Positions 52,901 through 64,000 of a stretch of DNA of 64,000 nucleotides are shown in pieces. Under the pieces are notes generated by a model that searched no databases, was not told where the DNA came from, and was given only the letters and a program-made list of their open reading frames with translations. Position 1 is the stretch's first letter; every line of letters begins with the position of its first letter. A program made the position numbers and the translations under genes. Source of the stretch: Eledone cirrhosa (Eukaryota); assembly GCA_964016885.1 (NCBI GenBank), contig OZ024746.1, forward strand, positions 70,866,001 through 70,930,000, written 5' to 3'.

Positions 52901-54890
52901 TGGTATACTTGGCTATTTACAGTTCAATGTGTGGTATACCTGGCTATTTACAGTTCAATGTGTGGTATACCTGGCTATTTACAGTTCAATGTGTGGTATA
53001 CCTGGCTATTTACAGTTCTATCTGTGGTATACCTGGCTATTTACAGTTCAATGTGTGGTATACCTGGCTATTTACAGTTCAATGTGTGGTATACCTGGCT
53101 ATTTACAGTTCAATGTGTGGTATACCTGGCTATTTACAGTTCTATATGTGGTATACCTGGCTATTTACAGTTCTATCTGTGGTATACCTGGCTATTTACA
53201 GTTCTCTGTGGTATACCTGGCTATTTACAGTTCAATGTGTGGTATACCTGGCTATTTACAGTTCAATGTGTGGTATACCTGGCTATTTACAGTTCAATGT
53301 GTGGTATACCTGGCTATTTACAGTTCAATGTGTGGTATACCTGGCTATTTACAGTTCAATGTGTGGTATACCTGGCTATTTACAGTTCTATATGTGGTAT
53401 ACCTGGCTATTTACAGTTCTATCTGTGGTATACCTGGCTATTTACAATTCTATGAGTGGTATATCTGGCTATTTACAGTTCTATATGTGGTATACCTGGC
53501 TATTTACAGTTCAATGTGTGGTATACCTGGCTATTTACAGTTCTATGTGTTGTATACCTGGCTATTTACAGTTCAATGTGTGGTATACCTGGCTATTTAC
53601 AGTTCATCATATGGTATACCTGGCTATTTACAGTTCAGTGTGTGGTATACCTGGCTATTTACAGTTCAATGTGTGGTATACCTGGCTATTTACAATTCAT
53701 CATATGGTATACCTGGCTATTTACAGTTCAGTGTGTGGTATACCTGGCCATTTACAGTTCAATGTGTGGTATACCTGGCTATTTACAGTTTAATGTGTGG
53801 TATACCTGGCTATTTACAGTTCAATGTGTGGTATACCTGGCTATTTACAGTTCTATCTGTGGTATACCTGGCTATTTACAGTTCAATGTGTGGTATACTT
53901 GGCTATTTACAGTTCAATGTGTGGTATACCTGGCTATTTACAGTTCAATGTGTGGTATACCTGGCTATTTACAGTTCAATGTGTGGTATACCTGGCTATT
54001 TACAGTTCAATGTGTGGTATACCTGGCTATTTACAGTTCAATGTGTGGTATACCTGGCTATTTACAGTTCTATGTGTGGTATACCTGGCTATTTACAGTT
54101 AAATGTGTGGTATACCTGGCTCTTTACAGTTAAATGTGTGGTATACCTGGCTATTTACAGTTAAATGTGTGGTATACCTGGCTATTTACAGTTCAATGTG
54201 TGGTATACCTAGCTATTTACAGTTCAATGTGTGGTATACCTGGCTATTTACAGTTCTATGTGTTGTATACCTGGCTATTTACAGTTCAATGTGTGGTATA
54301 CCTGGCTATTTACAGTTCATCATATGGTATACCTGGCTATTTACAGTTCAGTGTGTGGTATACCTGGCTATTTACAGCTCAATGTGTGGTATACCTGGCT
54401 ATTTACAATTCATCATATGGTATACCTGACTATTTACAGTTCAGTGTGTGGTATACCTGGCCATTTACAGTTCAATGTGTGGTATACCTGGCTATTTACA
54501 GTTTAATGTGTGGTATACCTGGCTATTTACAGTTCAATGTGTGGTATAACTGGCTATTTACAGTTCTATCTGTGGTATACCTGGCTATTTACAGTTCAAT
54601 GTGTGGTATACTTGGCTATTTACAGTTCAATGTGTGGTATACTTGGCTATTTACAGTTCAATGTGTGGTATACCTGGCTATTTACAGTTCAATGTGTGGT
54701 ATACCTGGCTATTTACAGTTCAATGTGTGGTATACCTGGCTATTTACAGTTCAATGTGTGGTATACCTGGCTATTTACAGTTCTATGTGTGGTATACCTG
54801 GCTATTTACAGTTCTATGTGTGGTATACCTGGCTATTTACAGTTCAATGTACCATCCACTTGGCTATTTACAGTTCAGTGTATTGTTTAC
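49960..54890. repeat. 31-bp satellite array (~4.9 kb, about 155-160 units)
   Basis: Unit tgtgtggtatacctggctatttacagttcaa; diverged units at both edges; the stop-poor unit makes long + strand ORFs in all three frames. Confidence 0.97.
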
Positions 54891-56639
54891 CTCAACTACA
54901 AAACTAACTCTAATGCAGTAGACAGGTCAGGTTATTCCACAAAGTAGACTATCAAGATTGTAATAGATGACCACACATACACACTCACATACACATACAC
55001 ACACTCACAGTCACATGCATACACATATACAGACACATACACATACATACAGACGCACACACACAAATATTTGCATAATTAATGAGGATGAAAGACCTGA
55101 TGGATAGGTCTGATATGTAAATTAGAGGTACAATTTGTCATTTCCAGCGTTACACTGGTTCTATCTGAGAATTAAGCTAACTGTTTTGTTACCATACTTT
55201 CTAGTTAAAGATACTACCCATCTTTTTCAAATAATTGTTTCTACAATAGGCACAAGGCCAGCAGTTATCCCAGTGTATTACTGGTACTTTATTTTATCGA
55301 CCCCCGTTAGGATGAAAGGCAAAGTTAACCTCGACGGGATTTGAACTCAGAATAATGTTGAAAAGAAATCAAGAACTTGGAGGGATTTAGTAATCTAACT
55401 TTCTCATTATCAAGTTGGTAGTGTTCACAACCATTAGAATGATGGAAGAGAGAAGGCAGCAGTTTTCAGGATGGAAGAGGTAGCAGAAAGAGCCTCTTGT
55501 TAGTTATGGAGCTGGAGAGAAGAGATAAGCTGGAATCCAGGAGGAGAAAATGGACAGTGATTTGGACACCATTGTCTGCACACCAACATAGGGGCGGGAG
55601 GGTTATTACAGTTTAGGGTCAAAACACCCAATAAATATTGGACACTGTCTGATGACAGCATCTCCTCTAGGCTAAGACTATATCCACCAAAGGTGAATGA
55701 ATGTGAAGCATCTCTTTTAAAATGTAATTATTCTTATGTATTATCCTTTCATCATCATCTCCGTTTTATGTCCATTTTTCCACGCTAACATGGATTAGAC
55801 GAGTTGTCCGTTTGTGGGCAATGCCAGGTCAGGTGACCATGTCTTGCTCATACAGAACTGATTTTGGCTTGATTTCTACTGTTGGATGCCTTTCCTAACA
55901 CCAGCCTCATTTACAGTGAGTACTGAGTGCTTTTTATCGTGGTGCCTACACGATCTTACAGTGTAGACTGGGTGCTTTGTTCCAGCTTAATAATGAGAAA
56001 GTTAGTTTCCAAATTATTGATTATTATTTTCAAAATTATATGAACATCATAAGCAGTGGTTTTCATTAGAAATATAATAATGAAAGGGGTAAAGTCAACC
56101 CATCAGATGACAGTTCAATATATATCTTTCTACTCTGGATTAATACAATTACGATAAAACCCAAACCTTCCAGAATTGTATTAGTTAAAGTAAGTATTTG
56201 TAGTTGTTTGTCTATCTGTCTGTGTTGTTGTCAATATTGTTATTGATGCTGTTGTCGTTGTTGTTGTTGTTGTTGTTGTTGTTGTTCCATGGATTTTTCC
56301 CCCTTCAAAACATAGTTGGTTAATAAACTAATGGATGTTGGTCTGCACTGACAATAGTATTGAAAACACACACACACACATATATATCTATCTATATACA
56401 CACACATACATACACACATTCACATACATATATATACATGCACTCACATCATATACACACATGTATACACACACACATTATATATGCATACACAGATGAT
56501 GATATATATATATATATATAAACACACACACACACACACACTGTGAAATATGGTTTTATGTTTTGAGGAAGAACAGAAGTATAACATTTAGGGTAGAACT
56601 CTTTTACCTCCATATTTCTTTTGCTCTTCTGCTCACTCC

Positions 56640-56672
56640 CTTTTTTTCTCTCTCTGACTCTCTTTCCCTTTG

Positions 56673-56707
<35 letters not shown>

Positions 56708-56896
56708 CTCTTTCTCTCTCACTTTGACTCTTCTTCTATTTCTCTCTACCTTTCTCTGACTGCTCCTTCATCTCTGACATTCACCCTGTTCCCCCCCCCT
56801 CTCTTGCTCTGACTTTCTCTCTTGCTCTGCCTTTCTCTCTCTCTTGCTCTGACTCCCTCTCTCTCTTGCTCTGACTCCCTCTCTCTCTCTTGTTCT

Positions 56897-56933
<37 letters not shown>

Positions 56934-57025
56934 TGACTCTCTCTCTCCCTCTTGTTCTGACTCTCTCTCTCGCTCTCTCTCGTTCTGACTCTCTCTCTCA
57001 TTCACCCCTTTCCCCATCTCTCTGT
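56640..57025. repeat. (CT)n-rich compound repeat
   Basis: Direct reading. Confidence 0.9.
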
Positions 57026-57621
57026 CTATTTGTGTAGAGGTAAAGTGGAAGGGAGGGTGTAAAGATGATAAGGGTGTAGTTGTGGTGTGTAAGAAAGAAT
57101 GAGGGTGTGGGAGGGTGTGTATGTGGTGGGGAGGTGAGTTTGATTGATTAAATAGAATTACATTACATATTGATCTGTAACTTTCATTGAAGTTTAAGAT
57201 CATTCATACATGCGCACACCACACACACATACACAAGCATACATGCATACACACACATGCACATCATCATCATCGAATGTCCATTTTCCTTGCTAGCAAG
57301 TGTTCGACGAATTTCCTCAGACTGAGTCAGTTCTGAAGCAGGGTTAATGACCTCCTAGACATGTTGGTGGTTCTCTTCTTGCTTACATAACAGTTCCCCA
57401 TTCTACCAAGATAGACAGCAGAAAGGACGAGCTTTTTCAAGGTTAATGGCATGGAGTTGCATAACTGCTATCAACCAGTGTGTTCATCAGCAATTTTTGC
57501 CCTCTGAAACGATTGTAAAACAGTGGATTAATTAGCTACTTCACCTTGTCTTATTCTTTCATTGTTTAACTTTAATTATGTAAATATATATAAAAATATA
57601 TCAGGATAGAACCAGTTTTAA

Positions 57622-57841
57622 CCCTCTAGCATTTAAACCTGCCGCATCCAACCAGAATTTTCTCACCTCTTTCTGTCCAAACCAACCGTAAATAGTCACT
57701 CATACTTATGTTAAGGTATTATACTAAAAATAAAAAAAATAAAAATCTCATAGATTCAGTATTATGTGAGATATTATGTGAGATAAAACCTTTATCACGA
57801 AAATACAATAGTATATATAGAGTAATGTAATTGCTAAACGG
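57622..57841 (-). mobile_element. piggyBac-type MITE, family 1
   Basis: TTAA at 57618-57621 and 57842-57845; homologous to 41739-41946. Confidence 0.8.
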
Positions 57842-58280
57842 TTAAGCTAGTTAGACCGTTACTCAACAGAGAACTAGATATATGGGATAGTAGTAGCCGT
57901 TGAAACAGCAAGAGCTCAGCTGTCTGGCCCTGACTCTTTATAATATATATAAAGATATATACCTCGTATATGTATGATAGATTCCCGAGCTGTGTCAGGA
58001 GTGTAATCACATTTAAAAAAGGTACACAGTACATTGGTAGAGTATAGGCATCTTTGTATATATGGAAATGACTTTTACAGAACTAGAACTGTTTCATTCA
58101 TATGAAATTATTCATATGATTCCATTCAAAGGAAACAGTGAAATGGTTCTAGTCCTGTAGAAGTTATTTCTATATTTAATAAACACATATATATATATAT
58201 ATATATATAGGTAAGTTATTCCGGGTTGAATCGGAGGTAACCACAGTAAGTAAGGTACTCAATACATAGCAGAGTATAAA

Positions 58281-58407
58281 AGTTTTAATATAGATGAGAT
58301 TCTACAGGACTAGAACTGTTTCATTCTTTAGAAATCATCAGAAATCATGATGATTTCTAAAGAATGAAACAGTTCTAGTCCTGTAGAATCTCATCTATAT
58401 TAAAACT
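58281..58407. repeat. ~60-bp perfect inverted repeat with hammerhead core remnants
   Basis: Arms ~58281-58340 and ~58348-58407; minus strand CTGATGA-tttctaaagaat-GAAA; a related looser hairpin lies at ~58060-58175. Confidence 0.85.
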
Positions 58408-58689
58408 ATATATATGTATGAGTTCATGCAAACGTGCATGTACACACACACTCATGTGTAGTAATGTGGGTGTATCTGTGTATGTATTTATTGTGTATAT
58501 ATGTATGTGTATTGGTTGTTTAATTTCCTGGCTTGGGTTATATTTGCAAATTTGCATTAGTGGTTACAATGAAGATGATGATGATTCTTGTGGTGATGGT
58601 GATATTGGTGATGATGGGGGGAAGGGTTGTGATAGTGAATGCTGCTGTGTTTGTTTATGATAATTATAAAAATAGCAACGATAATAATA

Positions 58690-59690
58690 ATAATTTCTAC
58701 TATAGGCACAAGGCCAGCAATTTGCATTACTGGTGCTTTATTTTTATCGATCCCATAAGGATGAAAGGCAAAGCTAAAGTTGGCAGGATTTGAACCCAGA
58801 ACGTAAAGGGCCATAACTCTATGCTGCAAAGCATAGTGTCCGATGCTCTACCGATACTGCCAATTTGCCGCCCTTAATAATCTTTATATATATAAAAGCG
58901 AGGATGTGTGCGTCTGTGTACAACTTTGGATACCTAAGGCTTTTACAATTACCAACCGAATTGACCAAATTTTCTGTGCACGTTGCACAGGTCGCTAAGA
59001 TGGTCACATCACAAACATTTTTCCAATAAACCCACGTTGAGCAATAAAAAATCGATATCAAAATTATCGGTAGCAAAATTGATGTAAGGGAGATAACCAA
59101 CTTTATTGACAATCCTTATAAAAAAAGGGAGATAACCTACTTTATTGACAATCCTTATAAAGAGACTGCTTATTTTGACAGGTTGGGGACAAATAATGTT
59201 CTTCTTTTACTTCCTAGCTGTATATTCTTAGCATAATTTCAAACCCCGAGCAACGCCGGGTAAATCTGCTAGTACTAATAATAATTATAATAAATTGTTT
59301 CTATTTTTGGCACAAGGCCAGCAATTACCCAGTGCATTACTGGTACTTTATTTTATCGACCCCGTAAGGATGAAAGGCAAAGTTAACCTTGGCGGGATTT
59401 GAACTCCGACTGGCAAGGGCCGTAACGCTATGCTGCAAAGCATGGCGTCCGACCCTCTACCGATACTGCCCCCCCCCTTAATAATAATAATTATAATAAT
59501 TGTTTCTACTTTTGGTACAAGGCCAGCAATTACCCAGTACATCACTGGTACTTTATTTTATCGACCCCGTAAGGATGAAAGGCAAAGTTAACCTCGGCAA
59601 GATTTGAACTCAGACCGTAAAGGGACGTAACTATACTAGAAAGCATGGCGGCCAACCCTCTACCGATACTGCCAATTCACCGCCCTTAAT
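58690..59690 (-). mobile_element. Three family-A SINE copies around a Helitron
   Basis: Copies at ~58690-58876, ~59290-59480 and ~59497-59690. Confidence 0.85.
58881..59272 (+). mobile_element. Non-autonomous Helitron
   Basis: A|TCTTTATATATATAAAAG 5' end; hairpin cccgagcaacgccggg 59245-59260; CTAG|T 3' end; no TSD. Confidence 0.88.
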
Positions 59691-60585
59691 AATAATTATA
59701 ATAATAATAACAAAAATTTCTTTATTGGCCACAAATAATAACAATAAAGATTATAAGAACACAATTCAATACTATATGTATAATAGTAACAACAGCTACT
59801 ATTACTACTACTACATGAAGAATGATAATGCGGATGATTGTGATGATTGTAACTATGATGAAGACATAGATGCTGGTGATGCTGCTGCTGCTGCTGCAGA
59901 TGATGATTTTGATGATGATAATGATCATTATTGTCACTCTGTCCAATGTATCTTTCCCATTTTTTAAAGATAGTAAGTTCTGATTTGATAGAAATTTAGC
60001 TGCTATTTCTAGCATTCAAGTGGCCACACTATGATGGCGGTGGTGGTGGCAACAAAGATGATGGTAGCAGTGATGGTGATAATGATGATGTTTTCAAGTT
60101 TGTTGACATTCCTGATGCCAATGACATATTATGTATATAAGCAGCACTGTGAAAGGTTCCACTTGACATATGGTGCAACAATGAATACTGCTGTCCATTC
60201 TCTGACACAGATGTAAGATGTGTGGAAGATAAATTGCATTCTCTGACACAGATGTAAGATGTGTGGAAGATAAATTGCATATTAACTGGAAAATTTGATC
60301 TTGTAATAATTAAAGATTGCATTCATCAATTACCATTATGTGCACGATTATAGTATCACCACCATCATTATTATCACCACAACCATTATTGTCATCATTA
60401 TCACCATCATCATCATTATCACCCCCACCATTGTCATCATCAATGGCACTTTTAGAGGTGGCGGCATCATCGTCATGGTTTTCATCATCACTGCCATCAT
60501 CATCGTCGTCATGTGGACGGACAGACAAATGGACATCGCTAGCATGGAAAGTGGATGTTAAAATGGAAATGATGATGATACGTCT

Positions 60586-60616
<31 letters not shown>

Positions 60617-60895
60617 TATATCATCATCATCATCACCACCATTTAACATTTTCCATGCTAGTGTGTGTTATACACACAAAAACAAGATGGTGTAGGACAG
60701 AACAAAGGAGAGATACAAAATAATAACCTAGTCACTGAAGAGGTTACAGAATGTGTGACAAAAGAGCTTTGACAATATATATACAACTATCTGGTTATCG
60801 AACCAACCAGTCAAGCGGAAATTTATAATAAATTGAAGTGAAGACCAACAGGTGTGTGTGTGTTTTTATTGGCAGCATGACCCTCCCAAAGTATG

Positions 60896-60930
<35 letters not shown>

Positions 60931-60934
<4 letters not shown>

Positions 60935-61667
60935 ATAAGTATAATTGGAGGCTTAGTAAAATCGAATCCTTGGCGGTGTGCAAGCAAATTCGACCTACGA
61001 TATGAATGAGTTAGCAAAGCACTCGACAAGGTAGGTCCTCAGAGTAATAACATACGTTTAAATAGCTTGACAAATTGAACATTGTGGTAGGCAAAATCTA
61101 ACACACACTATACCAAAGTAACGAAAGAACTAACAGGTTGAAAGAATACACCTGGACAAATCAAACATTATACGTTTAAAGTGTTTTTATGAATCCGAAA
61201 TCAAATATCAGACTTACGTAACTGGCAAGCTCGTGGTATTCATGATCGAACAGAGGATTCATTTTATCAACAGGGAATTTCGTTCTACCAAAGAACGGGG
61301 CGAAACACTGAATGGTGCCGCTAACAGCAACGATTCGAACATTCAGTTGTCACGTGTTATTTCCAACAAGGGAAATAATCCCCGGTTTTTTGGCGGGTCA
61401 TTCAAAGTGTTAGACAAAGGAAATATTATAATTTCCGTTAACATTCAGAATAAGCTCTCAACCAGATGTTATTAAACAAACACAAATAATTAACCAATCA
61501 ACAGAATTGTCTAATTAAATTAATTAGTTAATTATTAAATCTAGGAGAAAATAATATAATTGGAGGCTTAGTAAAATCGAATCCTTGGCGGTGTGCAAGC
61601 AAATTCGACCTACGATATGAATGAGTTAGCAAAGCACTCGACAAGGTAGGTCCTCAGAGTAATAACA
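60931..61667 (+). mobile_element. Young direct-repeat element (TRIM or mini-LTR candidate)
   Basis: Identical 115-bp repeats at 60940-61054 and 61555-61669; outer ends tgttat..ataaca flanked by TATA; purine run aggagaaaa before the second repeat; no PBS seen. Confidence 0.6.
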
Positions 61668-62000
61668 TATAAGTATGTATGTCATACGTAATGATGATAG
61701 GATTGGGTTCCCTATCATTAAAACACCCAAGAAACCTACAAGAGACATCCTATGAGATACTATCTTGTAGGAGGTCAGCTAATCCTGCATAGGTGTGAGC
61801 TATAAATTTTGTGCTCCCTCCCCACTGCATGTAGTAGCTGTGCTCAATTTACAGAAAGGAGTAGGAAGAAACCCCATTCAGTTCTTAGAGTGTAAATATT
61901 GAAGTGGGATTACAGACAAAAAGAAATTTTATATACAAGGATAGTTGATAATAAGAGCACATGTGAAGTCTTTCAAATTCAAAGAAGACTCCATAGAAAT

Positions 62001-62291
62001 GTGGAGGTGCATGGCCTCATGGTAAGGGTGTTGGACTTATGATCATAATATCATGGGTTCACTTCCTGGACTGGGCTCTGTGTTGTGCTCTTGAGCAAAT
62101 TGCTTCATTTCATGTTGCTCCAGTATACTCAGCTGAAAATGAATACCAGCAGTAGCTGAGGGTTTAATACTGTGATAGACTGGTGTCCTGCTTAGGGAAG
62201 AGTCTTGTACTCTGTTGCTTCATGTCACAGAAACCGTGATAAACACCAGCCTGATAAGCCTCCAGATTCAAGATAAACTTTTGACTTAAGA
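62001..62291 (+). mobile_element. Full-length family-B SINE with TSD
   Basis: 10-bp TSD ccatagaaat at 61991-62000 and 62292-62301. Confidence 0.85.
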
Positions 62292-62642
62292 CCATAGAAA
62301 TAGTTGATAGCTTCTGTTATCTAGGGACCTAATTAGTAATAGAAGAGGTTGCTCTAAAAACATTGTAGCCAGAATAAAAATAGGTTGGAAAACGTTATGG
62401 GAATTACTTTTTCTACTGGCAGTAAAGGATACTTTATAAGATGCCTGCATACAATGTGCAGTGTTGCATGACAATGCCTTGAATGTAGAAAATATACAAA
62501 AGTTAGAAAGAACTGAAGCTTATATGCTTTACTAAATGTGTAATCTTATGTAAAATCGATGTTGATGACGTATTCATATCTATCTATACTCTCTCTCTCA
62601 TTATATATATATAGTTATGTAATAAACAACATAAGGCAATTA

Positions 62643-62702
62643 TTCCATTTACCAGTGGTTTCTTAAAAGCAAAAAATTTTGCTTTCAATCCTCAGAATGA
62701 AA
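62643..62702 (-). ncRNA. Type I hammerhead ribozyme (mirror copy in left arm)
   Basis: Reverse complement of the 62741-62800 fold; TCCTCAG at 62689-62695. Confidence 0.7.
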
Positions 62703-62740
62703 AAATCCTGAATTCAAATTCAATAAACAGACCAGGATTT

Positions 62741-62800
62741 TTTCATTCTGAGGATTGAAAGCAAAGTTTTTTGCTTTTAAGAAACCACTGGTAAATGGAA
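62741..62800 (+). ncRNA. Type I hammerhead ribozyme, apparently intact
   Basis: Stem I tttcatt/aatggaa; CTGAGGA 62748-62754; 11-bp stem II; GAAA 62781-62784; stem III cc-act-gg; GUA triplet with predicted cleavage after A62793; the stem II closing pair is U-A (atypical). Confidence 0.72.
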
Positions 62801-62896
62801 TAATTGCCTTATGTTGTTTATTACATAACTATTAAGCTCTGTTACCTACATAGAGCACTCCTTTTTCCTGGACTTTTCCGACGGAATTACTTCATT

Positions 62897-62943
<47 letters not shown>

Positions 62944-63837
62944 CATGTGAAGGCATATGGTTTAGTGGCTAGAGTGTTGGGTTTGCAATCATGAGGTTGT
63001 GAGTTCGATCCTCAGACCAGGTGATGCTTTGAGCAAGGCACTTTATTTCCTGTTGCTCCAGTTTACTCAGTTCTAGAAATAAGTTGCGACATCCAGTGCC
63101 CAGCTTTATTGGCCTTAGCGTTTCTCTTGACAACATCTGTGTCATGGAGAGAGGAGGCTGGTATGCATGGGTGACTGCTGGTCTTCTACAAACAACCTTG
63201 GCTGGACTTCTGCCTCAGAGGAGAGCTCTCTATGTGCAAATCCCATGGTCAATTGTGACCAAAGGGGGTCTATATATAAAATATAATATTAGGTATAAAT
63301 CAAAGTTATGGCTGCACTAGGGCAGATACCATATATATATATGGTATGTAGAAAATTTGAGTTTTTCTTGGACCAACACAGTCACACCTGCCTCCACTCT
63401 GCCTCTTCATTAACTGGTACCTTTCTTGGTGCTCTTGATGATAATTGCACCTGCAATGGAGTGACTCTGCGCCTTGACAACCACATGTGTGAGCACACCA
63501 ATGTCATTGTGGAGTCAGACTAAATCCACTTTCTTATTGTGACAGTGCAGGTTGGTTGTCTTGGTATATCACCTTGAATGCCATCATGTGAATGAGTCTT
63601 CGAATGGCTGATTTCCTGTCACAACAGGAGCCTGCTGATCTCAACCATTGTGATAGAAATCTCCCAGCCAGGATAACCCTTTTCCCATATAGGGTGAAAT
63701 CATTAATCTAAGATGACATTTTATGTCTTTTTATTTAACTAGATTATGAAAACATACCAACCGCCACTGAAGTTATTCTCTTTTTTTCAAATATATTTTA
63801 CTTCACAAAGAATTTTCCTTATTTTTCACTATATATA

Positions 63838-63873
<36 letters not shown>

Positions 63874-64000
63874 GGCCTCCAAGAGAAACCAGGTATACCC
63901 AACTCCCACCTGTAGTGCAATGTCTGTACACCAGCCCAAACCTCCATTAATGCCTTTTCAGCAAGACCAAGGACACTGAACACCTTAGTACTGTAATGAA

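Larger units (their letters stand above)
62611..62832. repeat. 100-bp inverted repeat with 22-nt spacer
   Basis: Arms 62611-62710 and 62733-62832; I see one mismatch. Confidence 0.92.

Noticed and set aside
50143-54947. Very long ORFs (up to 867 aa), and a possible CRISPR-like array
   Set aside because: Pure 31-bp tandem repeat; the same peptide appears in all three frames; there are no unique spacers or cas genes
55649-55710. CTGATGA as another hammerhead core
   Set aside because: No properly placed GAAA or stems
58200-58218. Second AG|GTAAGT motif
   Set aside because: Preceded by (TA)n rather than a polypyrimidine tract, and at the edge of a repeat island
60990-61040. SECIS-like hairpin (AUGA..AAA..GA) in the direct repeat
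   Set aside because: Helix II is too short and asymmetric, and there is no upstream UGA-containing ORF

Overview
AT-rich, repeat-saturated eukaryotic (animal) DNA. The repeat families resemble those I associate with octopus/coleoid cephalopod genomes; this is inference, not checked. I can support no intact host protein-coding gene. Every long ORF in the track is a reading of microsatellites, a 57-bp minisatellite (34.1-35.5 kb) or a 31-bp satellite (50.0-54.9 kb). The real coding remnants are transposon-derived: an internally deleted Buster-type hAT element with TIRs and an 8-bp TSD (9134-11453) and several decayed RTE-like LINE fragments. Also present are three non-autonomous Helitrons, two TTAA-flanked piggyBac-type MITE families, several tRNA-headed SINE families (some in chains) and a young direct-repeat (TRIM-like) element. 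The most interesting signal is a dispersed set of short, sequence-diverse elements sitting in (TA)n tracts, often as long fold-back inverted repeats, that carry type I hammerhead ribozyme folds. The cores look intact at 3531-3597, 31432-31500 and 62.6-62.8 kb (both strands) and are variant or partial at 30.5, 30.8, 39.7, 57.9, 58.3 and 60.7 kb. This fits Penelope-like pLTR or retrozyme biology, and one copy restarts at the predicted self-cleavage site. Other leads are a SINE fragment with an all-A>G (ADAR-like) footprint, a candidate recursive splice site (AG|GTAAGT at 49816-49823) and a candidate 25-nt micro-exon. The last two suggest the window may lie in a long + strand intron.
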